NCBI GenBank assembly: GCA_963725095.1
Contig: CAVRXJ010000024.1
Location: 149,837 to 213,836, forward strand
Source of the DNA: an uncultured Acidobacteriota bacterium
Lineage (GTDB): Bacteria; Acidobacteriota; Thermoanaerobaculia; UBA5066; Gp7-AA6
Direction: 5' to 3'
DNA: 64,000 nucleotides
In this document: one piece after another, positions 11,336-21,400 of the stretch
Layout of the letters: every line of letters starts with the position of its first letter
How positions within the stretch are numbered: position 1 is the first letter of the stretch
Notes under the pieces: model-generated
What the model saw: only the letters and a program-made list of their open reading frames with translations
Database searches by the model: none
Told to the model about the DNA's origin: nothing
Program-made: the position numbers and the translations under genes

Positions 11336-12580
11336 TGCCAGCGGCGCCGGCGCTCCTCCTGGTCCGGCGTCATGGCGTCGATCGAAACGTCGAGCGTCTC
11401 GAGCTTGGTGCGCGCGATCTCCCGGTCGATCTCGACGGGAAGGTCGTGGACGCCGGGCGGGAGCTCCCCGCGGTGGCGCGCGATGTGGTGGATCGCGAGG
11501 GCCTGCACCGCGAAGGAGAGGTCCATGATCTCGACCGGATGTCCGTCGCCGCCGGCGATGTTGATGAGCCGCCCTTCGCACATCAGGTGCAGCCGGCGCC
11601 CGTCGGCGAGCCGGTACTCCGTGATGTGGCGGCGCGCCTCGATCTTGTCCCGCGACAGCGCTTCGAGCGCCGGCACGTCGATCTCCGTGTCGAGGCCGCC
11701 GGCATTGGCGAGCACGGCCCCGTCCTTCATCCTCTCGAAGTGCTCGCGCCCGTAGACCGCGTGCGTCCCCGTCGAGGTGATGAAGAAATCTCCGATCTCG
11801 GCGGCCTCGACGAGCGGCATGACGGCGAACCCGTCGGCGACGGCCTCGAGCGCGCGCACGGGATCCACCTCGCAGACGACCACCCGGGCCCCCAGCCCCG
11901 AGGCCCGGCGCGCCAGGCCCTTGCCGCACCAGCCGTATCCCGCGAGCACGACGACCCGGCCGGCCATGAAGAGGTTGGTCAGGGCCATCAGCGCGGTGAA
12001 GACCGACTGGCCGGTGCCGTACCGGTTGTCGAAGAAGTGCTTGCACATCGCGTCGTTGCCCGCGATGACGGGGAAGAGCAGCTTTCCCTCGCGCGCCATG
12101 TTCTTCAGCTTGGTCACACCGGAGGTCGTCTGCTCCGAGGCTCCCCAGACGTGGTCCGCGGCGGGCGACCTCCGTCGTGTGGAGGATCCGCGTGAGCTCC
12201 GCCCGGTCGTCGACCAGCAGGACCGGATCGTGTCCGACCGATCGCGTCAGGTTCTTCTCGAACTCCTCCGGCGTCGCGTCTCCGACCGAGAACACCGTGA
12301 CGCCGAGCTCGGCCACGGCGGCCGCGACGTCGTCCTGGACGTAGCCTGGTGCCGTGCCGGCCAGCGTCACGTCGGCGCCGGCGCGCTGGAGCAGCACCGT
12401 CAGGTACGCCGTCTTCGCCTCGAGCGGCACGCAGACGGCGATCGGCAGGCCGCGCAGCGCCCCGTCGGAGAGGCGCTTCTGGAAGAGGGCGTTCAAGACC
12501 GGCGAATGGGATTCGACCCATCGAATTTTTCGGTGCCCTTCCGGAGCGAGCCTGGAGTCCTTGATGATCGAGGAGCGCAT
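11332..12580 (-). CDS. ahcY: Adenosylhomocysteinase-family hydrolase (SAH or S-inosylhomocysteine hydrolase); one apparent frameshift near 12110
   Basis: N-terminal part MRSSIIKDSRLAPEGHRKIRWVESHSPVLNALFQKR...GLPIAVCVPLEAKTAYLTVLLQRAGADVTLAG. C-terminal part (ORF 11332-12117) LFPVIAGNDAMCKHFFDNRYGTGQSVF...VVVLAGYGWCGKGLARRASGLGARVVVCEVDP...LVEAAEIGDFFITSTG, the NAD-binding Rossmann signature. Confidence 0.8.
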
Positions 12581-12616
12581 GGTTCCGGCCCTCACCAATC
12601 GTCTGATTTTCGTGCC

Positions 12617-12627
12617 GTTATATCAGG
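12617..12627 (-). promoter_or_regulatory. Second copy of the GCCTGATATAA extended -10-like element, about 40 nt upstream of ahcY
   Basis: Minus strand CTGCCTGATATAACGGC in the 55-bp gap between the RNB gene stop and the ahcY start. Confidence 0.4.
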
Positions 12628-12633
12628 CAGGCG

Positions 12634-14103
12634 CTACCCGGCTCGCACGAAGTCGATGAAGCCGCGCTCGACGTCCGTCGCGATCAGCTTGACGCGCACG
12701 CGTTCGCCGACCTCCAGGCCCTCCCACCCGTGCACGAGCTTGCCCTCGACGGGCGGCGCGAAGACGCGGACCCAGGTTCCCTTCTCGGAGGCGCCGGTCA
12801 CGACACCGTCGAACCGCTGGCCGACACGCCGCTCGAGCAGCAGCGCGGCGGCGGACTTGCGCAGCTGGCGCTCCACCTTCTCGGCGGCGTCTTCCATCTC
12901 CGTGCAGTGCTGCGCGAGCGGCTCGAGCTCCGCCGCCCCGTAGGGGGGCTGCCCGTCCTGCAGCGCGGCCTTCAGGAGGCGCTGCGTGATCAGGTCCGGA
13001 TAACGCCGGTTCGGCGCCGTCGAATGCGTGTAGTCCCGAACCGCCAGGCCGAAGTGGCCGACGGCCCTCTGGCCGGGACGCTCGACGACGTACTCGCCCG
13101 CGCCCATCAGCTTGATGATCACGAGCGACAGGTCCGGGAAACGCAGCGGGTCCGCACGGCGGCGGCGCGCCAGGAACTCCTCGAGGGCCTTGCTGTCGGG
13201 CTCCGGCGGGAAGCCTCTCGCCGTTCTCCTCCGCCACCTTCACGATGCGCTGCCACCGCTCGGGCGAGCGGACGACGCGGCGCAGCGAAGCGATGCCCTT
13301 CGTCCGCGAGAAAGCGCGCGGTCACTCCGTTGGCCGCGATCATGAAGTCCTCGATCAGCTCCCGGGCGCGGTTCTTGGCCTCGACCTCGAGGTCCACGAT
13401 CTGGTCCCCGTCGAAGAGGGCGCGCGGCTCGATCGTCTCGAGCTCCAGGGCGCCGCGCTCGTACCGCAGCCGGCGCAGCTTCTGAGCCGCCGCATCCTGC
13501 ATCCGGAGCTGCCCGCCGAGCTCCGGCGAGGCGCCCGCCCGCCCCGGCATCGGCGCCTGGCCCTCCAGGGCCGCGCCCACCGCGCGGTAGGCGAGCTTGG
13601 CATGGTTGCGGACGGCGGCCCGGTAGACCTCGGAACCGGAAAGCTCGCCGTCCTCGTCGATCACCATGTCGGCGACGAGCGCGGCGCGGTCTTCGTCTTC
13701 GTTCAAGGACGTGAGGTCCGTCGACAGCCTTTCCGGCAGCATCGGGAAGATCTGGGCCGCCGTGTAGACGGACGTCGTGTTGTGGCGCGCGTGGCCGTCG
13801 AGCGCGGACCCGTCGGGGACCCGGGAATCGACGTCGGCCACCGCCACCCGGATCCGGACGGCGCCGCCGGGAAGGGCCTCGGCGACGGAGAGCTGGTCGA
13901 GGTCCCGGGAATCGTCGTTGTCGATGGAAACCCACGGCAGGCCGCGCAGATCGCGCAGGTCCGGAGGCGAGCGCGGCCTCCTTGAGGCGGTCGACCTCCC
14001 CGAGCACGTCGCGCGAAAAATCCGGCCAGAGGCCGCGCTCGACCATCGCCCGCCGGGCGATCTGCTTCAGGTCGCTTCGCTGCGTTCCCGGGCGGGCGGG
14101 CAC
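12634..14103 (-). CDS. RNase II/R-family 3'-5' exoribonuclease (RNB domain plus C-terminal S1 domain); at least 2 apparent frameshifts
   Basis: RNB core: HARHNTTSVYTAAQIFPMLPERLSTDLTSLNEDEDRAALVADMVIDEDGELS...RLRYERGALELET...ELIEDFMIAANGVTARFLAD. S1 C-terminus: LVIIKLMGAGEYVVERPGQRAVGHFGLAVRDYTHSTAPNRRYPDLITQRLL...GQRFDGVVTGASEKGTWVRV...GERVRVKLIATDVERGFIDF. Confidence 0.75.
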
Positions 14104-14173
14104 GGGCGGGAGTCTAGCAGCGGCTGAGGCAAACGCATCAGTCGTCGAGCACTCCGGGAACTAAGATGCAGAG

Positions 14174-15686
14174 GTGACCGCCGGGGAAAAGTCCGTCGAG
14201 CAGGAGATCGCCGAGTTCGAGAAGCTGAAGCCCCGGCTGCATCTGCTCTGGAACGCCCTCTCGGCGCGCGAGGAAGAGTCGTACACCTCCGTCGTGGTCC
14301 CGTCCCTCACGCTCAACCAGCAGGAGCTCGCCAAGCTCGAGGCCGCGAGCTTCTACGAGGAGCGCCTGCTCTTCCTCCTCATCCGGCTGCGCAATCCGCA
14401 CGCGCGGATGGTCTACGTGACGTCCCAGCCGGTGCACCCGCTCATCCTCGAGTACTACCTGCAGTTCCTGGCCGGGATCCCCGCCAGCCACGCCCGCTCG
14501 CGGCTGACCCTGCTGTGCGTCCACGACTCCTCCCCGCGCTCGCTGACGGAGAAGATCCTCGAACGCCCGCGGGTGATCGAGCGCATCCGGGCCGGCATCG
14601 CGGATCCCTCCCGGGCGTACCTGACCGTCTTCAACTCGACGCCCCTCGAGCGCCGGCTCGCGGTCCTGCTCGGAATCCCGCTGAACGGCGTCGATCCGGC
14701 GCTCGGCGCGCTCGGCACGAAGTCCGGGAGCCGCAAGGTCTTCCGGGAAGCCGGCGTGCCGCTGCCCGAAGGCCGCGAGGACCTGCGCTCGCGCGCGGAC
14801 CTCGTCGCCGCCCTCGAGGACCTTCGCCGGAAGCGTCCGGGAATCCGCCGCGCGATCATCAAGTTCGAGGACAGCTTCTCCGGAGAAGGCAACGCCGTCC
14901 TTCGCTACCCTCGAGAGACCGGGAAGGAGGCGCTGCGCGGCGCGCTGCGCCGGCTGTCCCCTGCCGTCGCCACGGAGACGCCCGCGAGCTACCTGCAGAA
15001 GTTCGCGAAACTCGGCGGGATCGTCGAGGAGTTCCTCGAGTTCCCGCAGACCGCGTCTCCTTCGGCGCAGCTGCGCATCGACCCGCACGGAGAGGTCGTG
15101 CTGCTCTCGACGCACGACCAGATCCTGGGCGGCCCGTCGCAGCAGGTCTATCTCGGGCTGTCGTTTCCCCGCGGCCGAGCCCTACCGGCGCCGGATCCAG
15201 GACGCCGCGCGGCGCGTGGGGGCCGTCCTCGCGCGGCGGGGGGTCGTCAGCCGCTTCGGCGTCGACTTCTTCGTGGGGCGCCGCCCGGGGCAGGAGGATT
15301 GGGACGTCTTCGCCCTCGAGATCAACCTGCGCATGGGCGGCACGACGCACCCGTTCCTCGCCCTGCAGTTCCTGACGGGGGGCCACCTCGACGCGGAGTC
15401 CGGAGCGTTCCTGTCCCCGGGGGGCCTTCCCAAGTTCTACCGGTCGACCGACAACCTGCAATCGCCGGCGTACCGCGGCCTCTGTCCGGAGGACCTCGTC
15501 GACATCACGACCAAAAACCACCTTCACTACAGCCACGGGACGGAGACCGGCGTTCTGTTCCACATGATCGGCGCCCTCTCCCAGTACGGGAAAGCCGGCT
15601 TGACCGCGATCGGAAACAGCCCGGAGCAGGCCGACGCGATCTATGCCGCGGCGCTGGCCGCGCTCGACCGCGAAACCCGGACATGA
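14174..15686 (+). CDS. PGM1-like peptide ligase (pre-ATP-grasp plus ATP-grasp); one apparent frameshift near 15185
   Basis: The N-terminal roughly 330 aa match the pre-ATP-grasp/PGM1 architecture (YVTSQPVHPLILEYYLQF...). The C-terminal ATP-grasp part lies in the 15216-15686 frame: FGVDFFVGRRPGQEDWDVFALEINLRMGGTTHPFLALQFLTGGHLDAESG.... Confidence 0.6.
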
Positions 15687-16618
15687 CGGCCGCGGCCGCC
15701 CGGCCGGCGCGCTTCTACGCGGCGCTGTCGATCGCGGCCGCCGTCGCGACGATCACGCTCAAGACGGCGGCGTGGCGGCTGACGGGCTCGGTCGGTTTTC
15801 TCTCGGACGCGGCCGAGTCGGTCGTCAACCTCGTCGCGGCGGTCATCGCGCTGTGGGCCCTGACCCTCGCCGCCCGGCCCGCCGACGAGGCCCACGCCTT
15901 CGGATACACGAAGGCCGAGTACTTCGCCAGCGGCGCCGAAGGGTTCCTGATCCTGGCCGCGGCCTTCGGGATCGCCGCCGCGGCCCTGGAGCGCTGGCGG
16001 AATCCGCGGCCCATCACCGACGCCTGGCTCGGTGTCGCCGTCTCGGTCGCGGCGTCGGCCCTCAACGGGACCGTCGCGGTCCTCCTGCTGCGCGCGGGCA
16101 ACCGCTTGCGCTCGATCACGCTGCGTGCCGACGCCCACCATCTCCTGACGGACGTCTGGACTTCCGTGGGCGTGATCGCCGGCGTCGCGCTCGTCGCGTG
16201 GACCGGCTGGCTGCGGCTGGATCCGCTCATCGCCTTCGCCGTGGCGGTCAACATCGTGTGGACGGGCTGGCGGCTGGTGCGGGAAACGGGGCTCGGGCTG
16301 CTCGATACGGCGCTGCCCGACGGGGACCGAAGGCAGATCGCCGATGCGCTCGCCGCCTTTCAGAAGGATGGGATTCTGTTTCACGCGATCCGCACGCGCG
16401 CCGCCGGCCCTCGTCGGTTCGTCTCGATGCACGTGCTCGTGCCACGGGACTGGACGGTCCAGCGCGGGCACGACCTGTGCGAGCGGGTGGAGGCAGCCGT
16501 GCGCGGCGCCTTGCCGCAGACGACCGTCTTCACGCATCTCGAGCCTCGGGAAGATCCGGTCTCCTGGGACGACCGCGGCCTCGACCGCGCCCTGAAGGAC
16601 GCGCGCCCGATCGGTTGA
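15683..16618 (+). CDS. Cation diffusion facilitator (CDF) family metal efflux transporter, intact
   Basis: Six predicted TM segments; the conserved block HAFGYTKAEYFASGAEGFLILAAA...ADAHHLLTDVWTSVGVIAGV has the typical H/D metal-site residues; C-terminal cytoplasmic domain present. Confidence 0.85.
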   Translation: MTAAAARPARFYAALSIAAAVATITLKTAAWRLTGSVGFLSDAAESVVNLVAAVIALWALTLAARPADEAHAFGYTKAEYFASGAEGFLILAAAFGIAAAALERWRNPRPITDAWLGVAVSVAASALNGTVAVLLLRAGNRLRSITLRADAHHLLTDVWTSVGVIAGVALVAWTGWLRLDPLIAFAVAVNIVWTGWRLVRETGLGLLDTALPDGDRRQIADALAAFQKDGILFHAIRTRAAGPRRFVSMHVLVPRDWTVQRGHDLCERVEAAVRGALPQTTVFTHLEPREDPVSWDDRGLDRALKDARPIG

Positions 16619-16649
16619 GTCTCGGCGCCGTCACCGGGGATGGGTCAGT

Positions 16650-18436
16650 TCCCGGCCGGGCCGTCTTTCCGCCTTCCGCGACGATCCAGACGTCCACGCG
16701 ATCCGACAGGACGTCGAGCGGGAGGGCCCCGGCGTCGAGCACCGTGTCGTGGAACTTTCGGATGTCGAACCGCGGACCGAGCTGCTTCTTCGCGCGGTCC
16801 CGAAGCTCGAGGATCTTCAGCTGTCCGATCTTGTAGGCCAGGGCCTGGCCGGGATCGGAAATGTAGCGGTCGGTCTCGCTCTGGACCTCGACCTCGTCGA
16901 TGGCCGAGTGGTCGTGGAAGTAGTCGATGACCTGCTGGCGGGTCCACTTCTTGTAGTGGAAACCCGTGTCGACCACGAGCCGGATCGCGCGAAGCATCTC
17001 GTCCTGGAGCCGTCCGTAGTCGTTGTAAGGATTCTGATAGAAGCCGACCTCTTTTCCCAGGCGCTCCGAGTAGAGCGCCCAGCCTTCCTGAAAGGCCGCG
17101 TAGCCCGCCTGCTGACGCGCGGGCGGCAGGCCCTCGAGTTCCTGCGCGATCGCGATCTGCAGGTGATGGCCCGGAAGGCCTTCGTGGTAGGCCGTCGACT
17201 CCATCGAGATCGTCTTGCGCTCGGCCGGATTGCTCGTGTTCACCATGACATGGCCGGGCCGCTTCCCGTCGGGCGTTCCCTGATCGTATTGCGCCCCGGA
17301 AGCTTCCTTCTCCCGAAACTCCTCGACCGGCATCACGATGCAGTCGCCCTTGGGCAGCCGGCCGAAGAGCTTCGGCAGCTGCGGCTTCATCTGTGCGATG
17401 TACTGGCGGTAGAGGTCCAGGATCTCCTCGCGGGACTTCGCGCGAAGCTTCGGGTCCTTGGCGATCGCGGCGTTGAAGCTCTTCAGGTCCGAGAATCCGA
17501 GCTTCTTCGCGATGACGAGCATCTGCGCTTCGATCTCCGCGACCTGCTGCAAGCCGATCTGATGGATCTGCTCCGGCGTGAGGTCGGTCGTGGTCTGGCT
17601 CTTCACGAGCGCGGCATAGCGGGCGGCGCCGTCGGGCAGCGACCACACGCCGGGCTCCGTGCGTCCTTTGGGCGCGTACTCCGCCTTCACGTACGCCCCG
17701 AGCTTCACGTAGGCGGGCACGACCGAGTCCTTGATCGCCGCGAGCAGCGCGGTGCGGATGCGCTCCCGATCCGCCTCGGAGAACGTCTTCGGCATTTTCT
17801 GGAGCGGGATCGCGAACGGCGAGTCCTCGGGCTTGGTTTCCGCGATCTTTTCGCACTGTGTCGAGACCTTCTCGAGCAGGAAGCGCGGCGGCATCAGGCC
17901 TTCCGCCAGTCCCTTCTGCATCTGGACCATCGTCTGGTCGAAGACCGCGGGGTACTGCTTCAGCCGCGCGATGTAGTCGTCGTAGTCCTTGACCGTGTCG
18001 AAGGAGAGCAGCGAGACGAGCTGCGGGACCAGGAGGTGGATGCCGTTGATCTGGCTGATCGGCATCTCCCAGTTGCGGAACCGCGCGTTGTCGAGCTGCT
18101 CCTTGAAGTTGCGGATCATGAGGGTGCGGGTCAGGGCCTCCTGCTCGGGAAAGCCCGTCGCGTCGATCGCCTCGAAGCGGCACGAGGAAGTCCTTGCTCT
18201 TCGCCAGGTCCGCGTCGATCGCCTTCTGGGAGAAGTCCGACACCTTGTCGTTCCACCGCTTGTCGCCGAGGATCGAAGCGAACTCGGGGCTGGTGGACAT
18301 CTGGTATTCCCATTGCTCGGCCACCAGGTCGTTGAACGCCTTTCGCCGCGCCTCCAGATCCGCCGGCGTCGCCCCGGAGCCGCCGCGCGGCGACGGCGAT
18401 GCTCATTCCGACCATTCCCAGGACAAACCGGCGCAT
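16650..18436 (-). CDS. DUF885-family protein (HExxH-like HEGLPGHH motif); 2 apparent frameshifts in the N-terminal third
   Basis: ATG at 18436 with signal peptide MRRFVLGMVGMSIAVAARR; ESTAYHEGLPGHHLQIAIAQEL, GQALAYKIGQLKILELRDRAKKQLGPRFDIRKFHDTVLDAGALPLDVL. Confidence 0.75.
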
Positions 18437-18538
18437 GGAGCCTCCCTCGTTCGATTCTCGGCGGCCAAGACAGCAATACGGGACCGCGCCGGAAAGGTTC
18501 CGCCGCTCGTCCCTGCGCAACCATAGAATGACCCGCCT

Positions 18539-19983
18539 GTGACGGCCCTTCGCCGCGCCGGGGTCGGTTATCCCGCGGCCGCGCTGCTGGTCGCGCTGAC
18601 GATCGCACTGCTGAAGCTCTTCCCCGGGCTGACCGACTCGACCGTCGCCCTGCTCCTGCTGCTGGCCGTCTTTCTCTCGGCGTGGATCTGGCAGAGCGGC
18701 CCCGGAGTCCTCGCGGCCGCGCTCGCGACGGCCGGGTTCAACTTCTTCTTCCTGCCGCCCATCCACACCTTCACGATCGAGGATCCCCGCAACGTCGCGG
18801 CCCTCTTCGTCTTCCTCGCCTCGGGACTTCTGATCGGTCGCCTGTCGTCCCTCTCGCGCCAGCGCCTCGGCACTGGTCGAGGCCGAGCGGCGGGATCTGG
18901 CGACTCTCACGCGGCTTTCGGAGGCCTTTCTCGCGGACACCAACCGCGAGACGCTGCTCGGCGTCGTCGCGGACCGCGTGCGCAACGCCCTTCAGTGCCG
19001 AGCAGGTCTCGCTGTGGCTGGCCTCCGAGAGCGGACAGATCGCCCAGGCCGTCGCGACACCCGGCAGCGTCGCACGCCAGGACCTGGTCGAGCTCGCCTA
19101 CCGGCAGGGGAACTCCGCGGCGTTCCCTTCGGAGCTCGGCGGCACGGACATCTATCTGCCGGTCCCCCTCGGGGTGCAGCGGGCCGGGGTTCTCGTCGCG
19201 CGCGGCCTGAAGTCGAGCGAGCAAATGGCGGAAGGCTGCGCGGTGCTTCTCGGTCTCGCCCTCGAGCGGGAGCGGTTCCTGCGCCTCGCCCGGGCGGCCG
19301 AGGAGACCAAGGCGAGCGAGCAGATGAAGTCGACGCTGCTCGCGGCGCTCGCCCACGATCTGAAGACGCCGGTCGCGGCGGCGCGCGCGGCGGTGGAGAA
19401 CTGGATCGCCGAGGCCGGCGCCTCCGAGAAGGCGGATCTCGCGCTCGGCCAGATGAAGGCGCTGACCCGCCGCATCGACGAGCTGATGGAGGTCGTGCGG
19501 CTCGATTCGGGCGTCGCGCGCCCGCGGCGGGAGATCGTGGAAGCGAGCGAGATCGTCGAGGCAGCCGTCTCCCGGTTCGGGGACGCCCTCGCGCGCCACT
19601 CCCTCTCGATCGACGTCCCGCCCGACGGCGCCGCGGTCGAGGTCGATCCGGGGCAGCTCACCGAGGCCGCTCGGGCCACGGCCTCGAGAACGCCGCCGGG
19701 CTACTCGCCGCCGGGATCCACGATCCAGATCACGGTGAGAGCCGAGGACGACTCGGTCCTCCTGCGGGTCTCCGACCACGGGCCCGGTGTGCCCGCCGCC
19801 GAACGGGAGCGCGTGTTCGAGCGGTTCGTGCGACTTCCCTCCTCGTCTTCGGTTCCCGGCACCGGACTCGGCCTCTCGATCGCGCGCAGCCTCGTCGAGA
19901 TGAACGGCGGAAAGCTCCGACTCGGGGAACCGCCGGGCGGAGGCACGCTCTTTGAAATCGACCTTCCGAAGGCGGCGCGGTGA
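18539..19983 (+). CDS. kdpD: KdpD-type sensor histidine kinase, C-terminal half only (DUF4118 membrane domain, GAF-like, HisKA, HATPase_c); apparent frameshift near 18850-19000
   Basis: TM/DUF4118: LVALTIALLKLFPGLTDSTVALLLLLAVFLSAWIW...GFNFFFLPPIHTFTIEDPRNVAALFVFLASGLLIGRLS. H-box: MKSTLLAALAHDLKTPVAAARAAV. G-boxes: LLRVSDHGPGVPAAERERVFERF...GTGLGLSIARSLVEMNGG. The stop overlaps the kdpE start. Confidence 0.8.
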
Positions 19984-20657
19984 GCCGCGTTCTCGTCGCC
20001 GACGACGACGCCGGGATCCGCAAGGTCGTCCGCGATGCGCTCGAGCGCGCGGGCCACGAGGTCGAGACGGCGGTGGACGGCGAGGAGGCGCTCGCCCGGT
20101 TCGAGAGCGGCGCCTTCGATCTCATCGTGGCCGACTGGAACATGCCGGTCGTGGATGGGTTCGATCTGGTCCGGCGGGTGCGGAAGAGCTCGACGACTCC
20201 GATCCTCGTGCTCACGGTCCGCGGCGAGGAGCGGGACAAGGTGCGGCTGCTCGACGCGGGCGCCGACGACTACGTGACCAAACCCTTCGGCGTCGCCGAG
20301 CTCGTGGCGCGCGCGGGCGCCCTGCTGCGCCGCCACGGGCGCGGGGAGGCGCCGCCCGTCGCGCGCTTCGGCGATGTCGAAGTGGACCGCGACGCCCGCC
20401 TCGTGCGCAGGGGGAAGCGGCCCATCCATCTGACCCCGATCGAGTTCTCCCTCCTGACGGCTCTCCTGTCCAAGCCCGGCGCCGTGTGGACCCACAGGCA
20501 GCTGCTCGCGGCCGTCTGGGGAACGACCGCCGGTGTCACCAACGACACGCTGCGCGTCCACATGGGGAGCCTGCGGCGCAAGCTCGAGGCGGACCCGGAC
20601 CGGCCGCGCTTCATTCGCACGGAGCCCTGGGTCGGCTACCGTTTTTCGCCCGACTGA
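19980..20657 (+). CDS. kdpE: OmpR-family response regulator KdpE, intact
   Basis: Receiver domain LVADDDAGIRKVVRDALERAGHEV...DLIVADWNMPVVDG...LVLTVRGEERDKVRLLDAGADDYVTKPF; winged-helix RFIRTEPWVGYRF; 4-nt overlap with the upstream kinase gene. Confidence 0.9.
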   Translation: MSRVLVADDDAGIRKVVRDALERAGHEVETAVDGEEALARFESGAFDLIVADWNMPVVDGFDLVRRVRKSSTTPILVLTVRGEERDKVRLLDAGADDYVTKPFGVAELVARAGALLRRHGRGEAPPVARFGDVEVDRDARLVRRGKRPIHLTPIEFSLLTALLSKPGAVWTHRQLLAAVWGTTAGVTNDTLRVHMGSLRRKLEADPDRPRFIRTEPWVGYRFSPD

Positions 20658-20658
20658 C

Positions 20659-20716
20659 CTTTCCGTGCCTCTCCGGGTCTTTCGAGATTCTTTCGGCAGA
20701 CTTCCGGACTCCTTTC
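20659..20716 (+). repeat. Array of six CT(T/C)TC pentamers phased at 10-11 bp, immediately 3' of the kdpE stop
   Basis: CTTTC 20659, CTCTC 20669, CTTTC 20679, CTTTC 20690, CTTCC 20701, CTTTC 20712. The 36-nt core gattctttcggcagacttccggactcctttcttcc recurs with a few substitutions at 21131-21166. Confidence 0.6.
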
Positions 20717-20758
20717 TTCCACCCGCGGGATCCTCTGACCGTACTCGGAGGAGAGACC

Positions 20759-21000
20759 ATGACCCCCTACAGCCTCAGACGCCGCCGCCTGGCCCGATTC
20801 TGTTACGTGCTCGCGATGCTCTCGCTCGGCGCAGGCCTCCTGGCCGGCTTCGCGAGCCGGGACCCGGGGTTGGGAGTCTTCTTCATGTTCGCCGGGGTCG
20901 CCGGCTACATTCTCAACGGGAGGCGGGCGACCGCCCTCTCTTCTCGATGGAGAGTCGGAAGGCTTCTCCCGCGCCGGTATCTCCCGCCCACCGGTCGAGG
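20759..21000 (+). CDS. Hypothetical small 2-TM membrane protein; paralog of the ORF starting at 21190; 3' end unresolved
   Basis: RBS GGAGGAGAG then ATG: MTPYSLRRRRLARFCYVLAMLSLGAGLLAGFASRDPGLGVFFMFAGVAGYILNGRRATALSSRW. It aligns with LAFAALLGGCLLASVIPGATAAWVVAGFVGYVACGRRAIILW at roughly 35-40% identity. Confidence 0.4.
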
Positions 21001-21110
21001 CCCGAGAGGGTCGCGCCGATCCCTCCCCTCGCCGCTCACCCGCGTCGCTCCGCGGACGAGTTCTCGCCCCGCTCGGTGCGGCCAACGGCGCACGCCTAGC
21101 CGCAAGGGCC

Positions 21111-21165
21111 CTCTCCAATGCCTTCTTTCGAATTTCTTTCGGCAGCCTTCCGGACTTCTTTTTTC
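21111..21165 (+). repeat. Second array of phased CTTYC pentamers (11-bp spacing), 25 bp upstream of the second small membrane ORF
   Basis: CTCTC 21111, CTTCT 21122, CTTTC 21136, CTTCC 21147, CTTTT 21158; shares the core ttctttcggcagNcttccggact with the first array. Confidence 0.6.
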
Positions 21166-21189
21166 GCCGCCCGGCATGCTGCACCCATC

Positions 21190-21400
21190 ATGAAAAACGA
21201 TCGAAAAGGAGCGCTCTTCGCCGGCCTCGCGTTTGCCGCGCTTCTCGGGGGTTGTCTTCTGGCATCGGTCATCCCGGGTGCGACGGCCGCGTGGGTCGTG
21301 GCGGGCTTCGTGGGATATGTTGCCTGCGGGAGGCGCGCCATCATCCTGTGGCGGGCCGATGACCTCTGGCGGGACGATGAGATTGTGTTCGAGCATCGAC
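21190..21400 (+). CDS. Hypothetical small 2-TM membrane protein (paralog of 20759 ORF); overlaps the porin start; 3' end unresolved
   Basis: MKNDRKGALFAGLAFAALLGGCLLASVIPGATAAWVVAGFVGYVACGRRAIILWRADDLW...; the frame runs on spuriously into the porin gene. Confidence 0.4.

Noticed and set aside
9854-12598. 914-aa single ORF on the minus strand
   Set aside because: Chimeric artefact. The frame carries the ahcY N-terminus, then junk, then the mtaD core. Two separate genes (ahcY 11332-12580, mtaD about 9960-11335) are joined by compensating frameshifts.
14174-16618. 814-aa ORF on the plus strand
   Set aside because: Contains the ATP-grasp ligase N-terminal part, an out-of-frame stretch and the in-frame CDF transporter. 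The CDF has its own ATG at 15683 and the ligase continues in the 15216-15686 frame.
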